Positions 24,699 through 37,489 of a DNA stretch of 64,000 bases are shown in pieces. The stretch lies in NCBI GenBank assembly GCA_002633005.1, contig NMRA01000050.1:575353-639352 (forward strand), read 5' to 3'. Origin of the DNA: Phoronis australis. Lineage: Eukaryota > Animalia > Phoronida. The position numbers were made by a program, and so were the translations under genes. Each line of letters begins with the position of its first letter. The stretch's first letter is position 1. The notes beneath the pieces were generated by a model that ran no database searches, was not told the origin of the DNA, and saw nothing but the letters and a program-made list of their open reading frames with translations.

Positions 24699-26311
24699 AA
24701 GGGAACTGTATTTTATTCTAAATAAATTTTAGATAGTTTTCTATGAATTGTTCATTAATTTCACAAATAATTCAACAACAAAAAGTATACTTAATATATT
24801 CTTTAACGAAGCTCAAAAATTAAAAAAATTACCGGCTTGGAGCACTGCTTCTCGTGACGTATTTGGCGGGGGCAAAGTCACTGTCCTGTGTTAGTGTGCA
24901 GTCAAGTGGCGTTTTTCATATTGTCGGAATAAGAAATTTTAGTGTGAAATGTCGGGTCACTAGGGACACCTGTTTGAGCCGAGGCAACACAAAGTGATAC
25001 CCACTCGTCATCATCGTCAGACGAAAATTTACCGGTGCAACCAGTCCCTATCAACAATTTACACTGGTGTGACTGTGCCGTGGGCAGTGTGGACTATAGC
25101 CAGCCAGTCAGCCAGCTCTCAGCCAATACTCAGCTCTGTAAACTTGAAGGGTTGGTAAGTTACCGACTATAGCTGTATGAAGACTATTGTACCATTGTGT
25201 GTTGAGCTCCGTTAACCCCGAAATTTCAGACAGCCGTTGACTACCCAGGTATAATTGATTATGCCTCGTCGCAAAACTTAGGCTACCTCAACATATAAAG
25301 CTAACGGACCGGCGGGGCGCATCTGGTAGTCACCCAACACTCACATTGTTCGTTGCAGCCGGTTAAGAGGAAAACAATCAAATAAACGTCATTTGGTAGC
25401 ATAATTTGCCGCCTTGTGTAGCAAAGAAGTGTGTAGTCCGTTCTAAAAACAGCACGCTCGTGACACGGTGCACGCGCCATTTCCTAAAAATTTGAATCGT
25501 CTTTCGGGACAATGACAGCTTCGCAGCACCAAGGTTGTTCTATAATTTGGTTTGCTGGTATAAAAATACTAAAAACTTGTAACGAAATGAAACAAGTTCC
25601 GATAATTTGTTGTAACATGTACGCAACCTAGGTACCAGCAGCGACGAACACTTGATAAAAGAATCGGGGGAAAAGAAACAGGTAACGGTCCGGTGACGTA
25701 ATCGCAAAAAGCGGACTCAAGAGAACACATCACAATTTTAGCAGCAGCCGATGAACGATCGCTAACTTTTCCAACACCGGTAAATACTGAAGTTAGTTTA
25801 CTCTAGGAAGGTTTACCCAAGGATGAGATGAGTTTGAGTGACATTAATTTTTAGTCAGATTTTTTATTTGTCCATATTTTACTAAAACCTGTAGGCCTAT
25901 ATTTAGTATACAGCTTTTGGCCAAGGTTTGGGTAACCTGGCGATGGTATGCGATGACCATCCCCTCAGAAGACACCTTTTTCGAAGAGTTTGAGCAACCA
26001 GGTGCCATACAAAAAGGCATAGCGAACCTTTTATAGCACTGTAGCAAACAATACAAATAAGAACGCTTGATACAACGATAAATTACTATGTAAACTCTTC
26101 AAAATATGACGCAAGCAATGAATGTGTAAAGTAGCCGATACCCCGCCATTCACGTCACTGACACATCAGCCAATCAGCGATCGCTTTCAGGATTCAATGT
26201 TATAACCATGAATACGAATCGGCTTTTGTTTGGCATGCAAGTCAGGCATATGTGAGTTATATTTGTATGTTAGAACCGATTAACTGCAACATTATTTTGA
26301 CTAGTCCCCTT
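24699..26311 (-). mobile_element. Non-autonomous Kolobok-like element related to family E
   Basis: TTAA flanks (24695-24698 and 26312-26315), ends AAGGGAACT / AGTCCCCTT, THAP start MPFCMAPGCSNSSKK on minus at about 26020. Confidence 0.75.
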
Positions 26312-26809
26312 TTAAGGACAGTAAAAAAATTAGTACGCTCAAAAATATCACTAGTGAATAGACCAATTAGTCCGATTATGTAAGCGAAGTGCAAAAGGGT
26401 TGAACCGGACTATTTTTCTCAAAAGTCCTGAATTGCCTTGCCACTTCATGCAAGTGCGGAGCTCTTTCTGACTAGTTCCTCGAAAATTCAACTTTTTACT
26501 TTTCGCTTGTCACTTTTCATTCTTTGTTTAGCTGTGTGCTCGTGAACTAAACCATTCACTTCGCTCATTGGTTGACATTCGGGTCACTCGATGACTTTAT
26601 TAGGTCGTAAACTGAGAATAGAAGATGGCAGACAATTTGATCTATTGTAGTTAGAGGAAGGTAAAAAGAGGAGAAATATAACCAGTAAGACCGTTTTCTA
26701 AATGAATCAAGGGAATATGTATAGTTAGTACTAACACACTGAACAAGAATTTTCCTCCCATTCATTTGGCTTATATTCATTTCACCAATTGACAAGCCCT
26801 CCAATTGTA

Positions 26810-26891
26810 GAAAATTTCAGTGACTCTTTGACTTGAACCCAGGTTGCGCTTGTGAGAGCAGAGCGTCTAAACCGTTCAGCTTAGAGGCGAT
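26810..26891 (-). repeat. tRNA-derived (SINE-like) repeat, cut by the ISL2EU-like insertion; second copy at about 31775-31870
   Basis: Minus strand GCTGAACGGTTTAGACG...GGGTTCAAGTC (A-box-like and B-box-like). A similar copy is at 31780-31870. Confidence 0.6.
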
Positions 26892-27007
26892 GGGGATATT
26901 TGGAGAATTCTCCTCACGGTGTCGTTGTTGTACTAGTGGTGATTGAATTGCGCACGCGTTGCTGTCTGCATGTAAACAGCTGGTAAAAAGACGGAATTGT
27001 TATCAAA

Positions 27008-27200
27008 ATGGCATCGCGCAAAGTCTTACTATTGCTATTTTCCCTGGTGCAAGTCTTCGACAGGTGGTCACAAATTCCCAAAAGACCTAAGCTTACTACA
27101 TTCGTGGAGAGTTGCGGTCAAACGGGTCAACCAACTGACAAAAAGTGTGTGGATGTCGAAGCCCCGTGTGTGCCCTATGCATTTCCACTGGGAGACTACA
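27008..27200 (+). pseudogene. THAP remnant of the ISL2EU-like transposase
   Basis: YYCYFPWCKS...HKFPKDLSLLHSWRVAVKR...RVCPMHF, frameshifted from the ATG at 27008. Confidence 0.78.
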
Positions 27201-27378
27201 TAACGTTACTTGGTAAGTTCTTGGCAATCAATTTCTGTCGACATCGTTCGGTGATGTTATCCCCACCAGTTACCCCACTGAATAACGGGTTTATTGAGTG
27301 GACCTCAGTGTTTCTTTTCGGAAACTCACCCAGGACTCAAATGCCGGCTAGGCTAGCTGCGCATAATTCACATAATGT

Positions 27379-27539
27379 CCTGGGTGGGGGTGTGCCCAAT
27401 ACAAGAGGAGTATGGTGCGTGACGCACAGAAGTCAAGGGTCACTTTTTCACAGCAGTTTCTCTTCAAAACTATGCTATGTCCAATAAAACTCTCAAGATG
27501 AGTGAGTTTCCTTATTTTATAGCGGACCCCACCCCCAGG
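27379..27539. mobile_element. Small MITE nested in the ISL2EU-like element
   Basis: Inverted ends CCTGGGTGGGGGT / ACCCCACCCCCAGG. Confidence 0.55.
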
Positions 27540-28619
27540 ACTACCAGATTAGTTACTGCATTAACATGAATAAGCTATTCAGTAAATGTCATAACACTGC
27601 ATTGGAATAAAAATTGACACCTAGAATGAATTTTACTTTTTGAGATCAGAAGCACATTTAAGGTGTCATGAAAAATACACATTGTTAAATGACTAGTAGC
27701 CTGTTTCACATATTTTAATTCAGATCTTAAACAAGGCTTGGGTACACGATTATTAGTTTCTAGAAAAAAACATGAAGACGAAACGTAAAGTATGTTTTGC
27801 TTTACAAAAGTAGATTTGTCATGTGTTTTCTTTTATAATTTGCTAATATTTCTCTTACTATTCTGTTACAGGTGAGAGAAAACGACTGAAACCAGCTGCC
27901 TGACAGTCTATTTTACCTTCGGACAAAGTGAAAAGCAGTCCTCCAGCAATAACCTGAGAGAACTGAATCTAATTCAGAAACTCAGCACTTGATATGACTG
28001 AGTATGCACTCCGTTCAATGTTGTTTCTTCGTATATATGTGGTTGCTCAGTTTGCCATTTTGTTTTTAAATACACTGATAAATGTTTATTCTCCAATCTT
28101 GTGCATGGCAGATTCTTATCCAGCTAGCTACAATTGAAAACACACTTTTCTTGCATGTGGAACTTTTGTTCATAAACAAGTTAACACAAAACTTAAAATT
28201 GTTCAAAGGCCTCCCAAAGAAAGCTCTAAAAATAATTACACACACAAGAAAATGAAACGCAAACAAAGGGAATACTTCATTTTGATCGCTGCACATTTCT
28301 ACAGGTTAACAGGAAAATGACAATTCGCAAGCGTATTTGGTAATCATTTCAGCTTTATGAAGAATAAACACAACTGCACTGCATGGGGCTTTAAAACTGA
28401 AGAAATATTGCGGTTTCAATAATTAGTGACAAAATTGCCTGTTGATGAAAAATTTATTCAATCATCAAAGTGTAACATTAACGGGCTTTTTACTGACAAT
28501 AAGACAATCGAAGCAGTCACTGAATGTCATTTACCCATAATGTGTACCAAATTGAAAAGTTTTTACCATTAGTATAAAGCCTTTCTTCTGAAAGGAAAAT
28601 CAATGTCACTGCGACAAAG

Positions 28620-29180
28620 GACAGGCATTACACCAGATGATTTTGGTTTTCATTTCACTGGGATCTAGTTTCAATGGCCTATAGAAGTGCTTGTAAAAAA
28701 GGTTCAGTTCCTGCACGTGGCTTTCCTTCATGTAACCTCATTCAGCCTCAATAACATCCACAATTAGATCCTTCAAGGTACACGCAACAGGATATCAGTT
28801 GACTTGTTTTGTGCCCAAAATCTGATCCGGAACTAGACCAGAGTGTCACTAGGTCTTCTTTAGCTTCAGTCCCTCATGTTTCTTCCACGAAAGGAAATAG
28901 GCTATTGTCCACACATGACTCATCGCCTACGAAAGGGCATCCTCACCAACGAGGTCGACTTGTGTAGCAGTCAGATGCAGTTCCTCTTCATACTCAAACA
29001 ATCCACTGGCACATTGTCTTGTGGTAACTTAGTACTGCAATTCACATTTCTCCAAGGTCACTGACTTGTACATTGTGTCATGCAGCACTGCTGGTGTGTG
29101 GAAATGCTGTGAGAAGAGAAAGGAGTAACAGAGCTTGTCTATGTTGCGGCTTGAAGTGGCCTTAAAATGTCACTAAACCT
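28620..29180 (-). pseudogene. Possible decayed YqaJ/lambda-exonuclease-like gene of the ISL2EU-like element
   Basis: Fragments EELHLTATQVDLVGEDALS*AMSHVW and QELNLFYKHFYRP...IWCNAC resemble the N- and C-flanks of YqaJ domains as I recall them. The catalytic PD-(D/E)XK core is not seen. Confidence 0.4.
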
Positions 29181-32005
29181 GGAACAAATATTGAAATATG
29201 AATAATTAAGTACTCCAGGTTGGATAAAAATGCTAACCCTGTTTTTCAAAAATATATGGTGACTGCTCTACAATTTTATACAAAATTAAATAATTACTAT
29301 TTTCCGACAGCAAGGGTGTATATAATAAGTATTGTATAAAACTGCGTCTTTATTTTTCATTCGTAGCCATAACAATTCTTTAAACGCATCACTTGTCTGC
29401 AAAATATGGAAGTTTTTTGAGACAACTTCGAACCTTTGTTACCCATTTTTAAGCCTTTTTATTTTTGATACTTACAGCAATTTTAAACTCCGATTACAGA
29501 TTCATGGGTCTGTCAAGCATACTTCTAGTCTAAGGCTGAGGGAACCATTTCTCAGACTTTTTATTTTTCTTCAAATAGAAGATATGAAGACTTAAGTCAT
29601 TTAAAAAATGATGGATAATCTTTTTGTTGTTTAAGAGTATCGTAAGGCACCATCAAAAATGCAATTTTCACAAAACATGGCAGTCATTTGAATTTATAAA
29701 CCAGATGAGTTTCTATTCAGTCAATGAGAATTCAGAAAATGTAATATATTTTTATGGGTTTACAACTGATTGCAAAACAGTTTCATGAAAAAAATTTGAA
29801 GGAATTCGTGAAGGTTAAGAATCACCTCACCATGCTCTTTCCCCCAGACATGTATTACCTGTTATTTCCACATTCAGTTGCACCAAATCTTACAACCCCA
29901 ACCCCCTATGCCAATCCCCCGCTAAGGACCTGAATACTAAGTAAATTAACAAAACAACTTTATACATACCTTTCTTTAAAAATAGCTGTTCCTTTTCAAA
30001 GGCTTTGTTCGTTGTCTCCGATATAGAAAGTAGGCTTTGACAACAGATCTGCACTGGATGGGAAGATCTTGCTTGTTAGGTGCAGTCAAATGCTTAAAAC
30101 CAATTTTTGTTCATTCAGGGACGGTGCAGAAGCGATGCAAATCTCCTCTGCACGGTACAAGCCCTCAAACCTAAAAACCATAGGTCACGTGAATACAGAT
30201 ATGATAGATTTCCATTTCAACATGTAATAGATTTCCGGAAGACATAGGATAGGGAGTAAACAAATAGTCTAATGGATATTTGTCACGTACCCTTGCCATT
30301 GGGCTTGGATTGTAATCTTAACTCACTAACTAATATCGAGTTGACAGCATTAACATTCAGCATTGATTGATGTAATTGTCACGGATGAACCTGTTAGAAA
30401 TCATTCCAAGCAATAATACTGCTTTGATGAACAAAAAGTTACCGAGTGCTACCTCAAGTATCGTAACACATATCACAACTGCATAAGAAACAAAGATTAA
30501 CCCGACTGGCGACTGCCCCGAAGTCGACATCAGCAAGTACCTCAGTTAACAGGTATCAGTAGAATAAACATGGAATAATCGTTAAAACAATCACAAACCT
30601 TACCTTTGTATAAGGTTGTGCTTACTTCCTCTCATAGAAGCACCCTTTTCATGCAATCCAAGATTCAGTTGGCACAGCTGCAAGCCATTTCACCACGTAT
30701 TTAAAGGGCTCACAACATTGAGGCTGCTTATCTATCACCACTAGTACACGTTCGCCCTCTAGTTAATGTAAATTTTCCGAATAGCCCCATTGCCACTTGG
30801 CATGCCCTTTAAAGAGGCTTTATCTGGCTGTACATCACACTGGAAAGTCATGAGTCGCAACACTACTCTCCTTCCTACAGATCAAGCGTGACACTAAGCA
30901 ACACGTAGTCCCTTGCTTGGCTGGTTGGGGGCTACAATACTTCCCATCACTTTCTGTACAAATTTCTTCCCGTGTATTTTAACGGGTGGTAGGCCAAATC
31001 CGGCCACTGATTATGAGTTTTCACCTCGCCAAAAATACATTTCACACTAAAACTATCACTTAAAAAAGCGCTTACATTCTCCAGTGGTCTTTTCTACTTC
31101 TACACATACCTTCGATGAAGCTTAGTTACGAGAATTAGGGTGACTTTGGCAAAGAATTCCAACTCCACTTTTTTGGTCACCATTAACTTTTTCACCATGC
31201 ACGCGATAACCACAAAGTATTTCAACTGAGTCACGTGAGTTAGGTAAATGCTAGTACGAGACTGAGTGAAGCGCGTGACGCTGGCGCGCGACACTTGCAA
31301 AATAGTATATGGGAAGATATCAGGTGAAATTTGTAAGATTTGTGTCCCTTGGAATTTTTATACATCAACATGCGTGATTTCATGTAACTCCCTCAAAATG
31401 GCACCCGGTAAGAGAATCTCGAGCAAACCGCGACAGATTTTCATCGATTTGTTCAAATTATCTTGACTGAATCATCCCCAGACTCATGGTATGTTAATTA
31501 TAACTCCATGTGCATATATGCATGTTCCATTTGATTTTATTTCCTGTATTTTGAAATTCCGAACATTTTGTGGGGATGCACTATCTCCTTTGTATGCCTG
31601 CGGCATCCAGGGCGATGTAAATGCCTAGCGTGACGCCTGTGCCCTATGGCTATGTCAGCCGCGTCTTTGGTCTGGGTTCTCACTGCAAGTTGTCCAGAGC
31701 GCGACTCCTGAATGTCCTGAGAAAAGTGCTGATATACCGTCTGGTTATGGGTTATACCGTTATTGGGTGCCAATCAAAAAAATTTCAGTGATTCTGGGAC
31801 TTGAACGCAGGTTGCACGTGTCGTGTGGGAGCCAAACATCTAAACCGTTCAGCCAAAAGGCAATTGCCAGAGGAAAACGATTTGGAGAGGCTTTACTTGA
31901 GTGTACATCACACCCGGAAGTCACGAGTCACAACATCCTGGACCTTCGGTTTCAGCTCTGTTTAAATTAAGAGCTGAGAATTAGCTAATTGTTGTGAAGT
32001 GTGAC

Positions 32006-32249
32006 CATAGACTATAGTACATGGACCGCCAACTCCGTTTACTTTCAATGGACGAAATCTGTGGTCTTACGCACAAGCCTTTACGTCATTATTCACTGGC
32101 GACACCTGGCTCAATTATCTGGTGTAATTTCCGGCAAGTACGTCGTCTGCTAATCATGGTCGGTTGCTGTGTGGCCGGTTGTTCGGCTACGCAGGCGAAA
32201 TGCAGAGGCGTTAGCTTCCATAGTGTACGAAGACCACAAAATCCGCTTT
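32006..32249 (+). mobile_element. Left end of a second copy of the P-like family, truncated at a contig join
   Basis: Starts CATAGAC, collinear with 11775-12125. THAP start MVGCCVAGCSATQAKCRGVSFH at 32156. Ends at the single N at 32250. Confidence 0.8.
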
Positions 32250-32884
32250 NACTAGCAGTAGGCTCACATTAACTCTGTGACTTGTCAATCACTCACTCAC
32301 TGACTCAGCTCAGTGTCACTGTCACTGTCACTGTCCTGTCGCTAACTGTTTCGGAGTGTCCGCTTGGCTGTTGACTTTGCCACTGTCTGTCTACGTTCGA
32401 TTATTAGACAGCAAAACGAGATGCAATACGGTCTAGATTGTAGGACCCATCAGTTTAAGAACAAAAACTGGAACGTGCAACGTTTTTATCACCAGTTTGG
32501 GATAACTCGAACGCTGCCCGAATCCTTTCTCCCGCCACGCTTCTGTCAACTTTTTCAAACACCGTGCTTCCGGTTTACAACACAGAGTGACCTCTGCTGG
32601 TCAGCACCGACTGAGGGGCATGTTCCGAACACCCCAGTGAGCATGCCGATGAGATAAATAGATATTTTTCTCATTGGAGCATGCACACACCCACCCGCAC
32701 GCACGCACACACACACACACCCATAGGCCCACACACGCTCACAGTGTTTATGCCGCAAGTATTAGTAGATTTCAAGTGGCGGGGACTACCCGGCGGGGAA
32801 GGGGCGCAAGCTCCTCCCATGGATATCGGTAGATAGGCGTAGGCCTATCTATTGTTCACTCAAGTTGTACTTCTATCTTATAAT

Positions 32885-34567
32885 TGACCTATCGCCAGGA
32901 TTATGACTGACGGCTTAACTGACCAATCAAAACGCAGTATTCCTGACGCACCGTCGTCTGTGTTTCCAAGCCGCCATTGTATCCGACAAACAACACGTTG
33001 TCTGTAAAGCTTGTTTTTGTCTATAGCTCAAGAAATTGTGCGATAACAATGGTGAAACGGTGTTGAGATGCCGTGTGTAATTCTGACAGCCGTTATACAG
33101 CTCGAGAAGAATATCCCGTCACTTTTTGGGCATTCCCTAAGCCGGAAAGTAATGTCGACTGTGCAAATGACGGATCAAACTGTGTGGACGGCCACACGAG
33201 CTGCTAAACATTAACTTGGCAATGTTGCTGGATTACTCGAAGGTTAAACAGTACACAAATATATTTGTTCCACATTTCAGTTTGGTGGCTATCTGACTTT
33301 GACTCCGGAGTTTCACTCTTCTGGGCGCCTGTGCCTCGGCATCTGCTGGATATCCCAGCACTAGTCTTGTCCCCGGAAATTGTTGTTTTTGGGGTCAATT
33401 TTATTATTTTTCATTTATTTCGACCTGTAATGGACATCGTTTTGTTTCGTAGCAGAGGTACATTTTTTTTTATTCATATATCCGTAGGCTGGCGTTCAAC
33501 TGAACTCACCAAAATTGACAGATTTGATCGGCACAGGGAAGGGCACTAGAATACTGAACTCAAAGCCTCGTTCGAGCTGTTGTCATGAAAAAATAAACAG
33601 TTGAATTACTTTTTGTTGAGAACCTCTAGTATATGCACTACGCCTGTAGAGTTAAGGAGAGTTCATTTTGTAGTTGTTCAAACACGATACTTGGACTTAT
33701 GAAGCTTTAAAAAACAATTTTAGTTATTTTTGTAAATGGCCATTTTTGCCAGTGCACCAGGCTTGTCATCTTTTGCGACCATACCACAACTTCGTGATCA
33801 TACTACTTTTAAAATTAAATGAAAGCTACCATTATGCAATGAAACTAAAAAAATGTGAAGTTCATCAGAAGGTTCGCCTACCTTAAATGTCCTTATGGTG
33901 CATTGATTTGTGGCCAATTCCATGCATTAATTTAACTTAGACACAGTCTTAGACCTACTGGAGCTAACTGCTCTCCTAGGACAAGACGAGAATGTGCCTG
34001 AGCTATGAACCTGATTTCTTTAATCAAAATATTTCGCTCGAAGATTAGAAAAGTACAAACAGTGTTATCGACTCGACCTCACTCGGAGAAGCCCATCAGT
34101 TGTGACCCACTTTTCATTTGGCGGAATTTAGCAGACGACAGAATAAAAATATCGGCGAATCTTCACTTATTTTGTTCGAAATATCCTGAAATCTATGACA
34201 TCGTATAGATAATTCGACTTTAAGGTACATACCCAGCTTTACATTAACATATTGCAACAGTGGCATTGTCAGTTTTCAAGTGAAGGTGGACCCCGTGTGG
34301 GCGGTTCTTCGGATTTTCTATGGCTCCGAAATACTTTTCCTCGAACACTTACTTTATCATCGTGGCCTTTACAAATTCCCAAATGATGAACGTACGATTC
34401 TTAACTGAAAAGCATCGCCTGTTGTCTTTGTCAAAGCGTTTTCGGAAAATATACTCATCAATTCCAGCAGGAACGTGATTTAGCGACAGCGTATTTGCCT
34501 ATGACATCTTGTTCGTTTGTCGGGTGTAACGTGACTTTTCGCAAGGGGCGGAGCTTGCTATAGGTCA
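32885..34567 (+). mobile_element. Non-autonomous ISL2EU-like element with THAP remnant
   Basis: AT|TGACCTAT...ATAGGTCA|AT. From about 33049: MVKRC*DAVCNSDSRY...FWAFPKP...IKLCGRPHELLNI. Confidence 0.8.
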
Positions 34568-37489
34568 ATTAAGATAATGGTATGCATGTATGGGTAACCG
34601 GCTGATAGGCTCCCAAGGTACGATGGATACTATCCGTGCGACCTGTATTGTTATATCCAACTAAGACAAAAGGAAGGAAAACAACGGTAGCGTCCCTTAG
34701 TGGGCGATTATCACGCTAGGCGCTTACGCCCGTCGCATGGATCTCGCAAGCCCTGGGAAATCCATATTATGTCGGCATGACTGTCTGGATGATATCTCCA
34801 CGAGTAAAACTTTCATTCATTGCGATGTCTTTTCGTCCACGGATGGTCGTCATCATCAATTTGACATGCATGTCTTTGGTCCTATCACAACAGAGATCAT
34901 TCTTTTTGACTGCTTGTCATATGTTGTGTTTCAAAATCCATTGTCTGCCGTGCCAGACATAGGCTATATATTCCGGAAACTAATGATAAAGTTGTGTTTA
35001 GCGTGTTCACGGATCATTCCGTGCAGTACTGCATGGGGACTGATTCATATACGGAACTTTCAAATGACTCACGACAGGAATTTGGTGTTAATGTACCACA
35101 TCACAATTCTTGAAAAAGGTTTAGTCAAGCAATCTTGAGCGCACCACAGTCCAGATAGAGAACAAGTATCTCAATAACTGACCAGCACTCATTTATATCT
35201 TCTCAGATAGGCCTACTTTGGACTTATGCTCAAATGATAGTTTTCAGAAAGGGTTGTGTGGAGCGTAACGACAAGTTTTGACTTCAGTCTTAGTACATCA
35301 TTAATTAGAGGCCTGGTGGATCTAGCTCCAACGTCACGCATAAAAGTGCGAAATTCGCGCTCAAAGACAATGTGAGCTTACTTAACTAGCTCGGTATTTT
35401 AGTTTGTGTATCACTAAAATGTGAACATCTTTAAAATACTTTTCAGGTGTTCAGAATTTTTTGTTATTCTAGAACTCCATTCTGACAAATTTTGTAGACG
35501 ACACATTTGTATTTAAAACAAAAACGAATTATAAATTTTCTATTTCAGTTCGTCAAATTTTTTTTTTTTTTTTTGTTTTTGCGGCTCTCGGTGAGCTTTA
35601 TGGGGTTCATCCCACTAACTGAAGCAAATTTGCAGGAACAGGAACAGCAACGAAATTCAAATAAATTCAAAAGCAAAGAGAATCCAAGCGTACACCCGGT
35701 GGGGAGCTCGGGAGGTTCAAACGAGCCTCCCCCCCGTCGATTAGGCGAAGTGGACAAAACGGTCCCTACGAGAAACACCAAAACCTCTGAAAAAGTAGAA
35801 GACGAGACAAAAGTCCATTAAAAAAACGGGAGCTACCAAAATTCGACGAATATATATATACGTATCCCGTTAAAAGGTCCACGTTCCCAAAAATTCGAGT
35901 CCCTCCCCTCATTTTTCAGCCATGCGCATGGGATCACCTTGTCTGGACAAGCTCAGAGGTCATTTTGCAATACTGAACACCGTGGCGATACTCACTTACT
36001 ACGTACACAGACGCAAGATTATAATTGAAAATTAGATTTAACATATCGCAATCGTTGCCTTTGAAAGTAGAAAACTCTACATGATGAATAACAAAAAACT
36101 GTCACGCATATCGTTATCAAAGCTGATCGACAAACTCAAAAGAGCCGCACTTCTCGCTCAAAGGTAATACGTGAATGTTTAGTAACTCTGTCTGAGTTCC
36201 TGTGTCATGCTGACTGGGCTGTCATGGAAATAATTATATAACCTGAATTTTTTTTTTAAATGACACAACTTTTTATTTCGAAATTGGAGACCATTTTCGA
36301 CCAGTTGTTTAATAGTTCTCAACCCTCCATGGCTCTCATGTGTGACTTTTGATTTTCTACGTTTTTAGTGTGATTTCACTTCGGGGAAAGGTGTTGCGAT
36401 CCGCTTTAGTATATATATTCAGCTGAACACAGTCTAACAAACTGAATATAGTTTATGGCTCTCAGATGATGCGCGTGCGATTAATCATGGGTAATGAGGT
36501 GTGAGAAGAGAGTCTTGGAATTTACCGGCTTTCGATGTGCGCGGAGTGCTTCAGTCGGGCGCGAATTATTCTGGCTCTGCGCAGTTATCGCAATAGAAAC
36601 GCAAATTGTAACAAAAGCATGGATACGACGTGTATTTCTTGGAACACCTGTGGAAGCTCTAACTACAGTGCCGAAATGGATAAAAAATTCACAACACACT
36701 TGTTCGCGGGACACCATAATGCATACCTTTCAAGAAACATCAATCACGCCAAACACAAACAGTCATCAGACGTGTCATTGTCGGTAAAATTTCGATAGCC
36801 TACTCAAGCTTACACCACTGGATTCACAAAAACAACAATTGGTAATGCGTCTTTCGAAAGGAGTGGTTAAATGCGCCTTAAAAGTGATACAAAATTGCAA
36901 CTGCCTTCGATCACACATTTATAAATGAGGAGAGTTGAGCTCTCAAAAACATTTCTATCGACGCAACTCAGTGTCACAGGTTTTCAAAATACTGTGATAG
37001 ACTTGTGAGCCATCTTGTGACCGTAAGGCGGGCTTGCTTAAATGGCATCAAACACTGCCTTGTAAGTTCGTCCCAATACGTTTTTCTGTGACCGCATGGT
37101 ACACCCGAGGGCCAAGTGTATAGAGGGTCCTCAGTCAGCTGTGCCCCAGTCTGGAGAGAGTGCTTCTCCTTATAGGGGAATGTGAGGTCATTCTCCTGGC
37201 AAAAGTGGTCAGTTGCAACCTAACGTAAAGGACTGTTCGAAAAAACGTTTTAATGCGGGAGGGGAGCATTTTTCAGTCGAGCTGGGACTTTTAACTGTTA
37301 AGAGCCAACTAAGGCCTCCTAAGGCCGTGCCTTAAAGCACAAAAGATACTTAGAGCAGCATGACTTTGATAGTTAAATCAATGCCGGTGAGCGATAATTC
37401 GCCGAATGAGCTTGCGGCGTATGGACTGCCTATTGGGTTGTCACCGTCTCTACTGGGGCCAGTCTTTATAGGGAACTCTATGATTACTA

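Larger units (their letters stand above)
26892..30788. mobile_element. Decayed ISL2EU-like (PIF/Harbinger-related) element
   Basis: TIR GGGGATATTTGGAGAATT / AATTTTCCGAATAGCCCC plus subterminal TGTACTAGTGGTGAT / ATCACCACTAGTACA, and an AT TSD (26890-26891 and 30789-30790). THAP remnant on plus; possible second-gene remnant on minus. Confidence 0.85.

Noticed and set aside
34645-35305. Possible element bounded by ACTAAGAC / GTCTTAGT and containing a 133-aa ORF
   Set aside because: The inverted match is too short, there is no TSD, and the ORF has no recognisable domain.
37329-37345. TGCCTTAAA resembling the 5' end of U12 snRNA
   Set aside because: The similarity stops after 9 nt.
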